DNA of 64,000 bases from Bilabrum cf. latius (Eukaryota), in NCBI GenBank assembly GCA_965178125.1, contig OZ237760.1:1-64000 (forward strand), in the 5' to 3' direction. Every line of letters begins with the position of its first letter. The stretch's first letter is position 1. The notes under the pieces are model-generated. The model made no database searches. It saw only the letters and a list, made by a program, of their open reading frames with translations, and had not been told where the DNA came from. The position numbers were made by a program, and so were the translations under genes. This document shows, piece by piece, positions 9,696-23,704 of the stretch.

Positions 9696-12600
9696 ATGCC
9701 CAAACGCTCAGCTCGGGCAACCAGAGCATCGCACGAGGTGGACCGTGACTTGGATGTTTCAAGCGGCGGCAGCAGCGATGGCTCAGATGCATCAGGTGCA
9801 GTTGAGGCAGCAGGGAAGGCAAGCTCAGAAGCCAAGGAATCACGAATTGGAAGCCGAAAGGCTGCGGGTGCAACTATTTCACGAGGACAGTTTCGAACCG
9901 GACTTCGCCGTGTAGCAAAGGTGCAGTACGAAGACCCTGGGGAGCTGCCAGTTGCCTTGCTTCGTGCAGTAGCTTCTGATTCTCCTGAGCCAGGTAAGAA
10001 AAGAAGCCGCGCTGGTTCAAGTTCGCAGAAGCGCCGTGGAAGGCTGCCCAAGAGATCTGGGGCATCTGCTCAATCGGCTTAGTCCGCATCTGATTTGATG
10101 GATGGAACCGATGAGGACGAAGACGATGATGCTGATCGCTCTAGTGATTCTGACTTTGCCGCATCTGCATCAGGTAGGCGGCAGTCGCTGCGGCAGGCCG
10201 CAACACGTAGTCTGGGCCAGAAGCGATCGCGAAGCAGCTCGTCCGAGTCGTCTGCAGCGGAAGTTGGCAGTGGGAGCGATTCCGGTACCAGCGAGAGCGA
10301 AGTAGAGCTAGAGTCAGATTCGGAAGAGGGCGGGGGTGGAATGAAGAAGCAAAAGAAAGCGGGCCCATCGGCAAGCGCTCGCTCCTCCCGGGGGCGGGCA
10401 CCCGCCCGCAAGCGCCCCCGCAGCACAAGGCACCGGCACCCGCATGATCCTGGCTGCGGGTACGAGCTGCCGGCCTCTGTGACAAATGCAGCTGGATTCA
10501 TGCCTATGCCCAGCGCAGTGCTGGCCCGTCGCCGGTTCACTGCAGCCGAGTGGCTGGAGGCTCAGGTGCGCATGGACACGCAGTACGTGTCGTGTGGGGC
10601 TATTCTGTGGGACTGGGAGGACAGACCCATCCCCACACACGAGAATGTGGTATAGTACGCGCGTGCATGGGTGCGTCGGCAGGCCGCTGAGACGGAAGAG
10701 AAGGACAAGTTGATGAGCCCGGCCTCTGGGGCTGGCACCCCGCACAGGCGGACTGGCGTGGTGCACCACCTCCGGAAGGGCGTGGACTCTCCGATTGGCA
10801 GGCTTTAGCAGCACCTGTTTCAGTCCGGTGAGCTAGATGAAGCTGATTCAAGCGGCGGTGAGGCGTCCTCTTCTTCTGTCGGGTCCTCGTCAGCAGCTGC
10901 AGCGGCATCGTCGCAGCAGGACTCCCACCGCTCACCCAGCCGCACTCCAACAAGAAGTCAGAAAGGATCCCCGTTGCAGCCCGTGTCCCTGCCCGAGAAG
11001 CCGCAAGCCGAGGAACGCTATCTGGTCCGGTGGCGTGGCATCAGCATGCTGCACTGCAGCTGGGAGACTCGCCGTGGGCTTGAAAAGCTGCTCGAGTACT
11101 ACATCGAGGAGACTGACGTGAGCGTGGGCGCTTTCCGTACGCTCATGGGCAAGCTAGACGACATCCCGGTGGCCCCCAGCGGATGGTCTCCCCTGGATTT
11201 CATGACCGAAGAGGAGCTTGCCGGCGCTGAGCCCAGGCGAGTAATTGCTGCTCGGCTCACCTCCGAGGCTGAGCAGCTTTGCGTTAGCGCGAAGATCGAC
11301 TTGAGCCCCGTCAGCCTTCTTGAATGCCTCGTTCGTCAGCAAAATGAGGAAGACAACACTTTTTCTGCCAGCGAGGTGTTCGACTACTTCGAGTATCTCA
11401 CCGTGTGGGATGGCAGTCGGGCGGCCTCGAGCACAACCTGGGAGACTCGTGACGACATTTCAAACGATGATCTGCTGCACGCGTTCATGCGAAGGCAAGT
11501 TCCTGCACACTTGTTGGAGCGCCGCCAGCGGGATGTGGCGCAGTACCAGAATCTTCGCGCGAGGCGGGCTACCTCAAAGGCAAGCAGCAAGAGCCCATCC
11601 AGGCGATCATCGCCTTTTCGGTCGTCTTTACCCTCGGCATCCTCCAAGGGCCAGGTGGCAATGTCGGACGGGGACGGAATGGCAGCTGCAGCAGTCAGCA
11701 CTGCTAGTGGTGCAGCATCTGCGGTTACCCCGGACACAGCCACAGAGGACGAAGACGAATTTGTGGACGGGGATTTGAAGCCTGCAGAACCTCCACTGAA
11801 AAGTAGTACGGGCTTGCCGGTGCTCGCGCACCCGTACGAGCTTCCGAAGCTAGCACCAACACCCTCTTTCATCAGGTAGCACGCATTAAGGAGTGGCCTG
11901 GGTCCCGATGCCAAGCTACGGTCCTACCAGACTGTTGGATTGCAGTGGCTGCTATTTAATCACTCGCAAGGCCGTGGCTCAATTCTAGCGGATGAGATGG
12001 GGCTAGGCAAGACTCTGCAGATTGTCTCCTTCCTGTACTCTTTGATGTTCCTGCGGGGCGTGCAAGGCCCCTTTCTTGTGGTTGCTCCGGTCAGCACGCT
12101 TGAGCACTGGGAGCGGGAGAGCGAGCGGTGGTCCGGCCTGAACTGCTTAGTCTTCCGAGGACTCCCAGAGGCCCGCCAACAGCTACACCGCCACGAGTTC
12201 TCGCGAGGAATAGGTCCTGCGAGCGAGTCCAAGAAAGGGAGCAAATTGTCAACAGGAGCGCTGAACTAGGCTGTCGGAGGAGCATGGGCCAACGTGTGGG
12301 CATACCTCCGCGGAGACACTACTCTCGGAGGCAAGCGGTGCACCAAGCGGCAGGTCGAATCCATGTCGAGTCTGATGGATGCGTTGTACGGAGCGGGTAC
12401 AGCTGCAGCGCAGAAGGCCGCTAAGCGGGCACAGACAGCCCACCCTCCGTGGGTGCAGGGGTCGCGCAGCAAGTTTGACCTACTCGTTACCTCGTACGAG
12501 TATGCTGTTCGGTCCCCTCAGTTGGCAAAGGTGCCGTGGGCTTGTGTCGTTGTGGACGAGGCACACAGGCTGAAGAGTCCGTCGGCCCTGCTGTACAGGA

Positions 12601-15600
12601 AGCTGGAGGCTTACACCTTCTAGCATACGATACTAGTCACAGGGACCCCCATCCAGAACACCCTGAGCGAGCTCTGGTCACTTCTGCACTTCATTGATCC
12701 CGACGGGTTCCCGAGCTCGGAGGACTTCGAGACGGAATTCGGCGACGGCTCTGGATCAGCCAACCCTGCAAAGATAGATGCGTTGCAGAAGATCCTCCGT
12801 AAGTATCTGCTTCGTCGAGAGAAAACAGACGTGGAAACCACCCTCCCTGAGAGGAAGGAGATTATCGTTGAGGTGGCCTTGTCATCCCTGCAGAAGCGGT
12901 GCTACCGCGCTATCTTTGACAAGAATGCGAAATACCTGAACCAGGGGCGAACAGGTAGCGGCGATGTGAAGCTTGGACACATGCACATGCTGCTGAGGCA
13001 CTGCTGCAACCACCCCTTTCTACTCGAGGGCGTGGAGGATGCGGTCCGCACGAGGGACGGTCCCGATGCGGACGTGTACGACATGTACGACAGGCTGGCC
13101 CGGGAGAGCGTAGGGAGTGAGCTTGCTGCGCTTCCCAAAGAAGAGAAAGATGCCGTCCGCGTCGACACCGCGCTGGTGCGTTCATCTGGCAAGCTTATCC
13201 TGCTGGAGAAACTGCTGAAGCACCTGAAATCTCAGGGTCGCAAGTGCCTGGTGTTCAGTCAGTTCGTGATGGTCTTGAACATCTTGGAGGACTTTTTGAA
13301 TCTCAGGGGATTCAAGTACGAGCGGATTGATGGCAATGTCACCGGCTTCGTGCGACAAGCAGCCATTGATCGGTTCTCTCACAAGGAGTCGGAGTCATCT
13401 GTCTTCCTGCTGTGCACGCGGGCGGGCGGAGTCGGCATCAATCTCACCGCCGCAGACACAGTGGTGATTTATGACTCAGACTGGAACCCTCAGAACGACT
13501 TGCAGGCAATGGCTAGGGCGCACCGCATCGGGCAAACGAAGAGCGTGACGGTGTATCGCCTAGTGTCTCGCAATACGTACGAGTCCGAGCTGTTGAACAT
13601 GGCCGCGAAGAAGCTTGGGCTGGATCGTGCCATCCTCGGAAATATGGTTGATTCAGGCGGCAAGAAGGGCAAGAAGGACGCGAAGCTCACCCAAAAGGAT
13701 ATGGAGCTGCTGCTGAAGAAAGGCGCGTACCACCAGCTTGGGCTTGGACAGTCGGACGATGTCAAACCCGACGATTTCAAGGAGGAGCAAGAGTACTTGA
13801 GTCGCAGCATTGAGGATATCCTTGCGAATGCAACCACTCGTAGCGCGGAGCCAAAGCAGGAGGCAGGGGGGGGATCTTCATTCGCCAAGGCCTCTTTCGT
13901 GGCCGAGGAGCAGCGCGGAGCGAAGCAGGTCGACTGGAACGACGACCAGTTCTGGAGCAAACTACTTCCGAAAGGCGCCGGCGCTGCAGGCGAAGACGAA
14001 GCCCTGGCCATGCTCACCGCCGGGGGACGCACGCGAAGAAGAGCCAGGAAGCTGGTCAACTACTGCGAAGAAGAAATCGAGGCGCAAAGAGCTCATTTTA
14101 GGCGGCTTGCTCGTGAACACAAGAGGAGGGGTACCCGCATGCCGGACTACCTTGCAGAAGACTCAGGGGAGGACACATTTGTGCCAGAGGCCCAGAAGTT
14201 GACGGACCGCTCCAGATAGGACGTGTTGCAGTATCTGTAGCGGTAGTCGTTGCCACTCGCTGAGCCGGACCAAGGCGCCCCTGCTGTGGATGACGCCTTG
14301 AACCGCTCATAGGGTGACATCCCGTAGTGTGCGATCACTGCAGACTAGCCTTGGCAAGTGGCAATCGAGAGCTTGCCGCCTGCATTGCGACCGAGCAAAA
14401 AAGCCGTCGGCCATCAAAGCATGGACCCATTCGATGCTGGCGTTGAAAAGATGTCCGATGGCCCAGAACAAGCTACCGTGGGCGACGACGATTCGGAGTC
14501 TGATGCCAGCTCAGTGGAAGTGCTGTCTGAGAGTAACGTTGGAAATGTTTTTGCCGCCCTCATAGCGACCCACGCACTCGCTACACAGGCGTAGACACAG
14601 TGCATTGTGAAGGGGTAGTTTGACTGTGCCTGCTGCACAGTCGCTGCCGCTTACTTGGGCAAGCTCCACGAGCTACGGGGCAAGGTCTGGCTCCAATTGT
14701 TTGCAAGCCTGCGGTTCGGCGAGAGCTTGCGACGCGTCGTCGATCGGGCGTCGGACCATGCGACCAAGGTGTGCGTTGATGCGTTGCGCAATCAACTGGT
14801 TGAATTGCGGAGGTGCTCCACGTAGTTTCCATCACTTGATAGCTCCGGCCATCCAGTGCCAACGGCTGCCAAAGCGAGGGAGGACGCGATCTCAGAATGC
14901 TTGCAGCGGCTGAGTTCTATCTGCACCAGTTTGCGCCAGTCCATGGACGCCAACAAGGAGTCGCTTCCCGAGGCGTGGAGCTACATCTAGCGGTCCACGG
15001 AAGGTGCCGCACTGAGCAGCGCCGACTCGGGTGGTCCAGCAAGTGGAGTGGGGCGGTCGGATAACAGCGGCGCGAGCGAGAGCAACGGCAGCCTGAGCAA
15101 GCAGGCCGAGTCGGACAACGACGAAGATGATGATGACCCGGAGGAAGGTGACTCGGAGAGCGAGTCCGGGGCCGAGGAAGCCCAGGGTATCATCGATATC
15201 CTCATGGAAATCGTCGAGCAGGTCGAAGAGGATGCCGGGCGGGACTTCTGCCCGCCGTACCACCGGTCAGGCCAGCATGTAGCAGAAGAAGCGATGCAGG
15301 CCATTCACGCGATCATTGCTGACCGGGCCGAGTCGATGCCGTCGCCTTGTCCAGCCGCTGTGGCGTGTGCTTGGGTGCTGGGCTGGGTCTACAGGCGCCC
15401 TCTGCACCGCTGCGTGTTTGTCACGAGCCACCCGAGGTACGTCGGGTACGTGCGCGGCCCCGACCCACTGAGGTATGGCTACTTCGATGACGAAGAGAAG
15501 AGTTTGTTGCGGATCGACATGAGCGTGCCCGTGGCAGTGCGAGCCGGGGCGGCATACCCGTATGTCAAGTCGTCCTCTGAAGCGCCTGCGGCAAGCGCAG

Positions 15601-16697
15601 ATCCGAACATCCCGAAGGCAGCCCGGCCACTCGTGTTTGACGTGCTTGGCTTGCGGGCGGCCGACTGGATCCACATGTGCAAGAACAATGGGAAGTCGTC
15701 GAAGCGCGCACTCATTGAGATCGGCTAGCGCATCCTGGAGCGAACATTCGTGCGCGATCTGCTCGGACTTGGGGGCCCGCGCACCTGGGCGGAGGCCCGC
15801 GAGATCAAAGAGCACAACAAGCGCCACTCTAAGCAAGTGGCTGCGGGTCGTGGCGAAATCAAGGTGCATCCGGACGGGACCATCGCCTCTGTCCTCTCGG
15901 GGAGCATCTTCTCGGGCCTGGAGGACCACGCCGATCCCCGGCGCAGCCTACTCGCGGTCGATGCCCCCATGGTGGAGTCGGAGCCTCTTTTTAACGGAGG
16001 CTTCTGCCCGGGCCCCTATCGGCAGCTGATTGAGTAGGAGGGCTTGCCAACCCCGGCAATGGGCTGGCCCTCGCACCACACGTCGCAGGGCTAGAGCGTC
16101 ACTGCCTGCTGGTTCCAGGTCATGGATGAGTCTGGCGCGGAGCACGAGGTGCACGTTACGGCGCAAGCCATGGAAGCGAGAGTCATCCCCGGCAAGTTCT
16201 CCAAGGATGCGCTTGACCAGCTCGACGAGGTGACCAGGCGCAAGCTCGTGATAGGCAAGGCATCGGCCCGCAGCCCAGCCAGTGCGGGGCCAGTGGATTC
16301 GGGAGCCGGCCCTGAATCATTGCCGGCGCCTCCTGGTGATTCACCTGGCGCTGCTTCATCCGCCGCAGCGGCAAGCGACTGCCCTGACCCTGCCCCTGTC
16401 ACTGCCCCAGCCTCTGCCCCTGTCACTGCCCCTGCTCCTGCCCCTGTCGAAGAGAGCTTCCCTGTCATGTCGACGCAAGCGGTGCGGAGGCTGCAGCGGT
16501 CGAATGTGCGGAGGTGGATGAAGGCTCAGATCATTGACCAGCTCCGTATCACGCATGGGGCGTGGCGTTCAGCGCGCAACAGTGCGATACTATCAAGGCA
16601 GCAGCCAGCCTTGCCATCCCAGGTGCCGCCTCCACAGCAGCAGTTGATCACGCAGCATTTGTTGCAGCACCAGCAAGGTGGTGGTCCTTCCGGGTGA
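9696..16697 (+). CDS. CHD-family chromodomain SNF2 helicase / chromatin remodeller, about 2333 aa
   Basis: Single frame with about 19 TAG and no other stop. Two chromo-like motifs (YLVRWRGISMLHCSWE, YLTVWDG...TTWE), LRSYQTVGLQWL, ILADEMGLGKT, DEAH, TGTPIQN, CCNHPFL, SSGKL, TRAGGVGINL and DSDWNPQNDLQAMARAHRIGQ. TGA stop. Confidence 0.93.
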
Positions 16698-17336
16698 TAC
16701 ATTTGTTTTTGGAGTGAACCGAGCCGAGCATCAGTGTGGAAAGGGGATGGCCACGGCCCGAGGGGCTCATGCTGGCGCCGCAAGGCGTGGTTCCGCTGCC
16801 CACGAACCCAGTGGTGGTTCCGTTTACCGCTTCAAGTTGTGACTGTAGTCTCAGCTGAGCGAAGCTGTACCTGTCCATTATCAGTTCAGACTTGCACAAA
16901 CTTGCAATACTATTTTACTCTTTAATCAGCTTAGTTCTTCATTTGGGGTCGTATGTCCGATAGGCAAGGGCGATCGTAGCCAGAACGTTCTAGGCATCAA
17001 GGGTTGAATAGTGGCGGCATAGATGTAGATATTGCGTATCACAGGACTACAAGTGAAAGTATGAGAGAAAAAAATCAATCCGCCTCGTTCAAGGAATACG
17101 TTGCAAGTTTGTTGAATGCTGCCGAGGTGAGGCTGTGAAACTCGGCAAGAACGGCAAGAACACATGAATTCTGCCCTGTCTGTGCGACACCTTTGATCTT
17201 GTCTTGCCTATTCTATTGTTTACTTGCGCAGCACGACCTCTCGCGGCGAGCCTCGGACGAATCTGTGAGTTAGACTCAGGTTCGCAGCTCGCACTTGAGC
17301 AGGGCTGGTCTCGGCGTATTCAGCCAGACCCCAAGC

Positions 17337-20300
17337 ATGCTATCCTATGCAGGCTATTCCCGACCAGCAAGCATAGACATGGCTCCTAGAGATCGCTCTC
17401 ATTGGAGTGGGGGCCTCGGCGGCAGGTCAACAGCAACCATGCCGAATGTCGGTCGGCTGGAGAGCGACATAAGGAGCTTGAGGATGCAGTTGAGTGACAT
17501 CGGCCCAAGGTCTGGGGAGATGCACCGACACATGAGGCGAAATGGAATGCGGGATATGGCTCGAGGGCCGCTCTGGAAGCGTGCTCAGGAAACGCACTAC
17601 TCGCGAGCACAGGGCCGCACCACCTCACAGGCCAGCTCCCGCAAGTGGCGCGGCGGGCGAGAGGGTCCACGGGGCGGCGTGTCCAGGTCCAGGCGACGCC
17701 AGGCTGGAAGTCTTGCGAAGAAATCTCTTGGCAGTGATGCTGATTCCGAGCGGTCCAGCACTAGCGATAGAGGCGGGCAACTGGTGCCGAGCGCTCTGGT
17801 TGTGGGTGGCCGACGGGGCGCCCGGTCGTCCATGATGCAGCTGGAGAGAGAAAATCAATCATTGCGGCGCCAGCTACAGCGCCTACTCGAGGACACGGCC
17901 TCAGTGGCCGGTCAGAGCACTCCGAGCGCAGTGGCGGGTGGGGCGGCCCGACCATCGACAGCAGGTGCCGAGACTGGGGCAGTTGGTGCCTTGGCTGGAG
18001 ACTCGTTCAGCATTGCGAGTGACGCGCAAACCACGACCAACAAGCTCGCTTCTGGGCTCGACAAGATGCAGCGGGATGTGGCGGCCGTTCAGCAGTTGAT
18101 AGACAAGTATACGGCCCGCCTTGACCGTCTGCCATCTAACGAATTCGGGGAGCGGGTTGCCATGCAGGAGCACGTGGCACGACTGGTGGCGCTCAAAGGC
18201 AAGGTACAAGATAAACACCTACAGCAGATGGCGGCAGCCGTGATGAAGCCACAGGAGGCGCCTACATTATGCTCCACGACGGGCGTGGGCCCTGTCGGCA
18301 GCATCCCACGCGGTTTGGGTCCGGGTACGCTGGTGGAGCAGGCAGGATCCGATGCCATCGTCGCAGCGAATGCAAGCGATGCCAAAGCAGTGAGATTACG
18401 AGTACGACTGGATGGCATGCTGTTCGTGGGTGCCCAACGGGACGTGCAGGTGTTCGTGTGCCTCTACCAGAACGGGCGACCTCTGACTCGGGCGGCTGGA
18501 ATGCAATGCAGCGCGCCTGCTGTTCGGTACGGGGACCCCATCCCCCCGCCTGCTGATTGGCGGGCTCGTATGTCTGATACAGTCGCGGAGGAATTGCTAG
18601 CTGCGAGTCTGGAGAAGGGGCCCTCAGCTGCCCTGTAGTGCGTGCAAGAGCTCATGTGGCTCGGCGCGGTGCCTGAGGACGAAGGGCGGGAGCAAGGTGG
18701 AAGACGCCGTCACACTGCCGCGATGGTATTGCCAATCGGAGCATCTGTGCAGCTTCCGCCAATGCAGCCATCCAGCGACAGTTACCTGTTGTTGGAAGTC
18801 AAGTAGGTGCCCCAGGGCGTGGGCTCAATAGCACAGGGCGCACCAATCTCGGTTGGATGGGCGGTGTTACCTCTATTTCGTGGCTCAAAAGGCCATTCAG
18901 GGTCGCGGGGAGCATCTTTGTCTGAAGATGGGGTGCCTCCGTCCTTTGATTAGGGCGACGCAAGTCAAAGCAGCGGTAGCAATGTGCAGCTGGAAGCAGC
19001 CTCCGGTAAGCTGCAGCTCCCGCTGGCCCCACCACCGGTAGGGATCCCCTACGGACTATCAGTGCGGTCAATGCAGGCATCTATTGGAAGGTTGCCAGCA
19101 GGAGCTTCAGAGTTGCCAGTTTTGATGGCCACTGTGTAGGCGCAGCAAGATCCTTCAAACCCCGCAGCAGCAGGAGCAGCTCGATCTCAACGTGCCGTCC
19201 CTCTGCTCCCACTCAGTGCAACGTCAGTTGGCGCCCCGGCTGGGAGTGTATCCCTTCTACTTGCCGCAACTGAGCGAGATGTCCTAGAATCGTCGCTTGC
19301 GATAGGAGCACCTGGCTCTTACCACCCCTTGCTCGGCATGGAAAGGCCTGAGCCACCGCCGGACACGGTGCCTCAAGATGTGGATGTGCGGCGCCCCCCC
19401 CGCAATCCCGAGGAGGCTGCGGGCCGTGGTCGCGGCGGGCAGGCATACTATGCTGCTGCAACGCAGCCCCCAAGAAAAACCCCACTTCCGCCAAACAAGC
19501 CAGTGGCACCGAGCAGATCACGCTCCCCCACCGAAGACTCGGCAGAGGCAGACGCTGGACGCAGCGCGCAAGAGCCTGATGCTGCCGTGAGCTCCTCTGC
19601 CCAGTAGTCTGTGGAAGTCCAGCCAATTGAAGAACAAGCGCAGGGTATTCGAGATCGCTAGCGGACTGCTGCCGCGAGCCAGGAAGCTAGGGACGATGAG
19701 ACAGGACAGGCACCGGCCTCGGAGCCTCGTCAGATGTCTAAGGTTGACTCCATGGTGACCGCCGATCCTGCGTCCAGGAATGAGCCCATACACGGAGCAT
19801 AGCTTAATTCAGATGACGACATCCCAGAGGAGCTGTTGATGTACCCCAAGTACATAGAGGGGCTATCAACGGAGGACGAGAGGGGGGAGCTAGTGTCGCC
19901 TTCTGGTGGCAAGTCCTGGGCGCGCACCGTGCTGCCCAGTCGCTTTCGCCAGATAATGGGCGAAGGAGACGGCTTTGATGTGTACGTAGATGCGGCTCGA
20001 TACCTGCCGGACAATGTGTCGATCAGTCGGGTGGTGTGCAAGGTGATGGACCCGTCCTTCAAGGTGGTGGGGCAGGAGTTCACCAGCGTGGCAGCCATGG
20101 ACTCCGAGAGCCTTTCTCCTGCTTTTGATGCGTATGGCGCCTTTCGATTGCCGGGATCAGCCGATCAAGTAGCTCCGATGCATGGAACAGTGGCTCAGGT
20201 GGGCAACCCATTGCGGTGGCACCCTCATTTGACTCTCGTGGTCCGCGTAGATACTCTCGAGAGCCACACTTAGCAGCCAGCTGGGGTAGGTTACGCTCTC

Positions 20301-21833
20301 CTGAACGTGTTCTGCATGCCGGGCACGGCCGACTCTCCATTCACGCCTTTCAACTTGCTGCTACCAGACCCCAACGCTCCTCAGCGTGGATATGTCTTGA
20401 ATGCCGGGGGCTTCCAGCTCCCGCTGTTTCAAGCCCCTCCCAGCCAGAACGGCACGCCACTGTCCGGAGACTCTCTGGTCGCTGCAGGAGCACCCCGGGT
20501 GCCGTGTGCGTCGGTCCTGGTCAGGATCCGCAAGGCTCCCAGGAGCCCCTCGACCGGCGCAGTGCTGGGTCGCAGCATGGTCCCGTCAGGCAGGTGGTCT
20601 GCGGTTGGGTTGAGGGACCGACCCAAGGCGTACGCAACGCGCCTAGCGTATGACAGCACCCGTTGCTTACCATTTGGAGCGGAGGTGAAGCTGTACCCGA
20701 AGCGAGCCGACCTGACCTCTCCCACAGTCCGGGAGACCCTCGAGCACCTCAGGGACAAGATGCTCTCGAGGGAGCCAGAGACCAGCCACTTGCCAGCGCT
20801 ATCTGGGTCGGGCACTGATGCTGACATGGCGCAATGGGTGGACCGTGCGATTGGCGAGCGCCCGCGGGCCATGCTGGACTACGGCTACCTGGCCCCCTTT
20901 GACCCTGAGGCAGGGCTCATGCTCAGCGTGGATGCCATCGTGGGGGCGCACATGAGGCCAGCAGGGGCTGCCGGCCCAGCCAACAGCACGGCCTATGCCG
21001 TGTTGCACTCACTAGCAGGACCGCAGGGACCCATCCTCGCTCGCGAGCCGCTTCCACCGAGCGGGTGGCACGCAGCCAGGCACCCCAACTGGAACAGCAT
21101 GCCGGGGGTACAGGGCATGCAGGATGGGTTCAGCTCGTACTACAGCGTCAGGTTCGACCCCAAGATGTGCATCTTTCTGCAGGTCAGAGCCGTGCGGATG
21201 CCGGCCTCGAAGGAAGAGCAGGCAGCGGCAGCAGAGAACCCCCCCGCACCAGTCAAGGTGGGCTGGACAATCCTGCCGGTGTTCGACCGCCGGTGCGAGG
21301 GGTACGTGCGCCGTGGGTGCTTTAGCTTGCCTCTTTTTGTGGGAGACCCGCCCGCATCCCTTTGGACCGCAATCCAAGATGTAACAGAGGTAGACAGCTT
21401 AATCCATCGCATGACTAACGTGGGTAGGGCGGCCACACGGGACCGGCCGTTGCTCGTGCATCCCGAGCGATTGTCTCTAACGGTCCGGCTGCAAGACCCG
21501 CAGTTCCAAGAGATGCTGGAGGTGCCCCTCGGTGGCAGGATGGGCCCATCCGTAGAGCTCGCGTGCGAGCCCTTGCGGCGAGATCTCCGCACCGAGACCA
21601 TCGCAGCGCTGCAGAAGCTCCAGGCTGCGCAGTAGTCGCGTGACGGGTCTGCCTCCAGCGACGGGGGTGCGCTCCGAGGCATGCTTCCTGACGGCGTGAC
21701 GGACTCGCAAGCAAACAAAATGCTGTTGAAATCATTGCGCACGATTGTGTCGAGGCGCCTCAAAGTTGCGGCGAGGGCAGTACAGGCTGCAGTTCGCGAG
21801 CGGCTGCGTGTTGCAGACGACAGCGGCAGATAA
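17337..21833 (+). CDS. Large coiled-coil protein with repeated C2-like beta domains (possibly CCDC17-related), about 1498 aa
   Basis: Single frame with about 9 TAG, ending in TAA. N-terminal coiled coil, repeated 'VGWAVLPLF' / 'VGYALLNVF' / 'VGWTILPVF...G.F.LPLF' motifs and GFDVYVDAARYLPDN. The family assignment is from memory and weak. Confidence 0.7.
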
Positions 21834-22028
21834 GAGTTGGAATGAGGCATATGAATCGTAATCTAAATCGCATTGCGGGACAGGTGTGAGATTCAAATAA
21901 ATGCAACGAAACAACGATGGCACAAGAAATCGCCCGCTGAATTGTCAACACACAGGCTGCAAAAGGATCACAGCCCAAATTAGCAAGGCTGGAAATAAAG
22001 TAGGAAGGCCTGATGAAGCAATTAAGCT

Positions 22029-23418
22029 TCAGTCTTCCTTCTTGTCCTCGGCGGCGGCCTCGCCGTCCTCCTTCTTGTCCTCGGCAGCGGCCTCGCCGTC
22101 CTCCTTCTTGTCCTCGGCGGCGGCCTCGCCGTCCTCCTTCTTGTCCTCGGCGGCGGCCTCGCCGTCCTCCTTCTTGTCCTCGGCGGCGGCCTCGCCGTCG
22201 TCCTTCTTGTCCTCGGCGGCGGCCTCGCCGTCCTCCTTCTTGTCCTCGGCAGCGGCCTCGCCGTCCTCCTTCTTGTCCTCGGCAGCGGCCTCGCCGTCCT
22301 CCTTCTTGTCCTCGGCAGCGGCCTCGCCGTCCTCCTTCTTGTCCTCGGCGGCGGCCTCGCCGTCCTCCTTCTTGTCCTCGGCAGCGGCCTCGCCGTCCTC
22401 CTTCTTGTCCTCGGCAGCGGCCTCGCCGTCCTCCTTCTTGTCCTCGGCAGCGGCCTCGCCGTCCTCCTTCTTGTCCTCGGCAGCGGCCTCGCCGTCCTCC
22501 TTCTTGTCCTCGGCAGCGGCCTCGCCGTCCTCCTTCTTGTCCTCGGCAGCGGCCTCGCCGTCCTCCTTCTTGTCCTCGGCAGCGGCCTCGCCGTCCTCCT
22601 TCTTGTCCTCGGCGGCGGCCTCGCCGTCCTCCTTCTTGTCCTCGGCGGCGGCCTCGCCGTCCTCCTTCTTGTCCTCGGCAGCGGCCTCGCCGTCCTCCTT
22701 CTTGTCCTCAGATGGATCCGCTGCGGACGCATCCGCCTTATCATCTTCTCCTTCCCCAGCTCCTCCCGCCGCGGCACCATCCTCCTCCTCCTCGTCAGCC
22801 TCACCGTCCTCTTCCTCGTCACCCTCTGCTCCTCCCTCCGCTGCTTTCTTCTTGGCCTCCTGCTCTGCCTTCTTCGCAGCAAGCTTGGCCTCTTTCTCCC
22901 GATAGGCCCTCTTTATCGGGTCTTCATCCTCATTCTGCTCCTTCGCGGTCTGCATCACCTCGCGGATCGCCTCCAGCCACTCGTACTTTTCCGAATCATC
23001 AAGCTCAGTCGGCAGGCGCATCTCCAGGATGACTCGAGAATCAGCAGCTTTACCGCGCAATGAGATGAAGAACTCGCGTCCAGAACCATTTTCCACGCTG
23101 ATTGCGTTCCTCATGTCGTAGAGCTTTGGCGCCTTCTCCCCAATGTCTTCATGGGATTGGTATCGTCTAAGCTTCAGATCGGTGGAGCACAGCGTGAAAT
23201 ACCGAAAATTCCAAGTTCCAAACATTCTGCGATCATGAGCATGACGTGAAGCGGCAAAGTGTTTGTGGATCAGTCGAACAATCACACTCTCGAGTCAGCG
23301 CTACCGCAGCTCACCTAGACAGACCCTGGGACGGGCGAACTTCAAGGTATCCTTCTAGCAAAATCTTTCCCTTAGGGGGCTTGACATCACCATGATCAGC
23401 GCTCTCAGTAGCTGCCAT
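22029..23418 (-). CDS. PH-domain protein with acidic 11-aa tandem-repeat tail, about 433 aa; intron 23227-23314
   Basis: After GT-AG splicing it reads ILLEGYLEVR...GTWNFRYFTL...EWLEAIREV, a PH signature. The tail is (EDKKEDGEAAA)n. TGA stop. Confidence 0.85.
22032..22709. repeat. Coding minisatellite, 33 bp x about 20
   Basis: The unit tcctccttcttgtcctcggc[a/g]gcggcctcgccg is repeated. Variation is almost entirely at one synonymous site. Confidence 0.97.
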
Positions 23419-23704
23419 TCTGGTCCTGCGATCCGGGCAAGTGATTCAGTGGAAGACGACGTAGACGCCACAAAAGGATCGGGGGAAGGCGTCGGTGCGA
23501 AGAAAGTATATGTATGATATTTAGAATCCGATTGTGATGCTCACAATACTTATTCAAAGTGCAGAAGAGAAGGGTTACGGTGTTTCCTTGGCGTGGTTGT
23601 CGGTTCGGCATGAAATCGGATTTCTCGACAGCAAAACCACGCGCTACAGGCTACATAGCCGTGTTTGCTCGTTCGATGCTATTTGTTGAGACTTAAGCTC
23701 CAGC

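Noticed and set aside
21901-23032. Plus-strand Ser/Ala-rich and Arg/Pro-rich repeat ORFs
   Set aside because: These are antisense or alternative frames of the 33-bp coding repeat. The minus frame carries the PH domain and valid splice sites.
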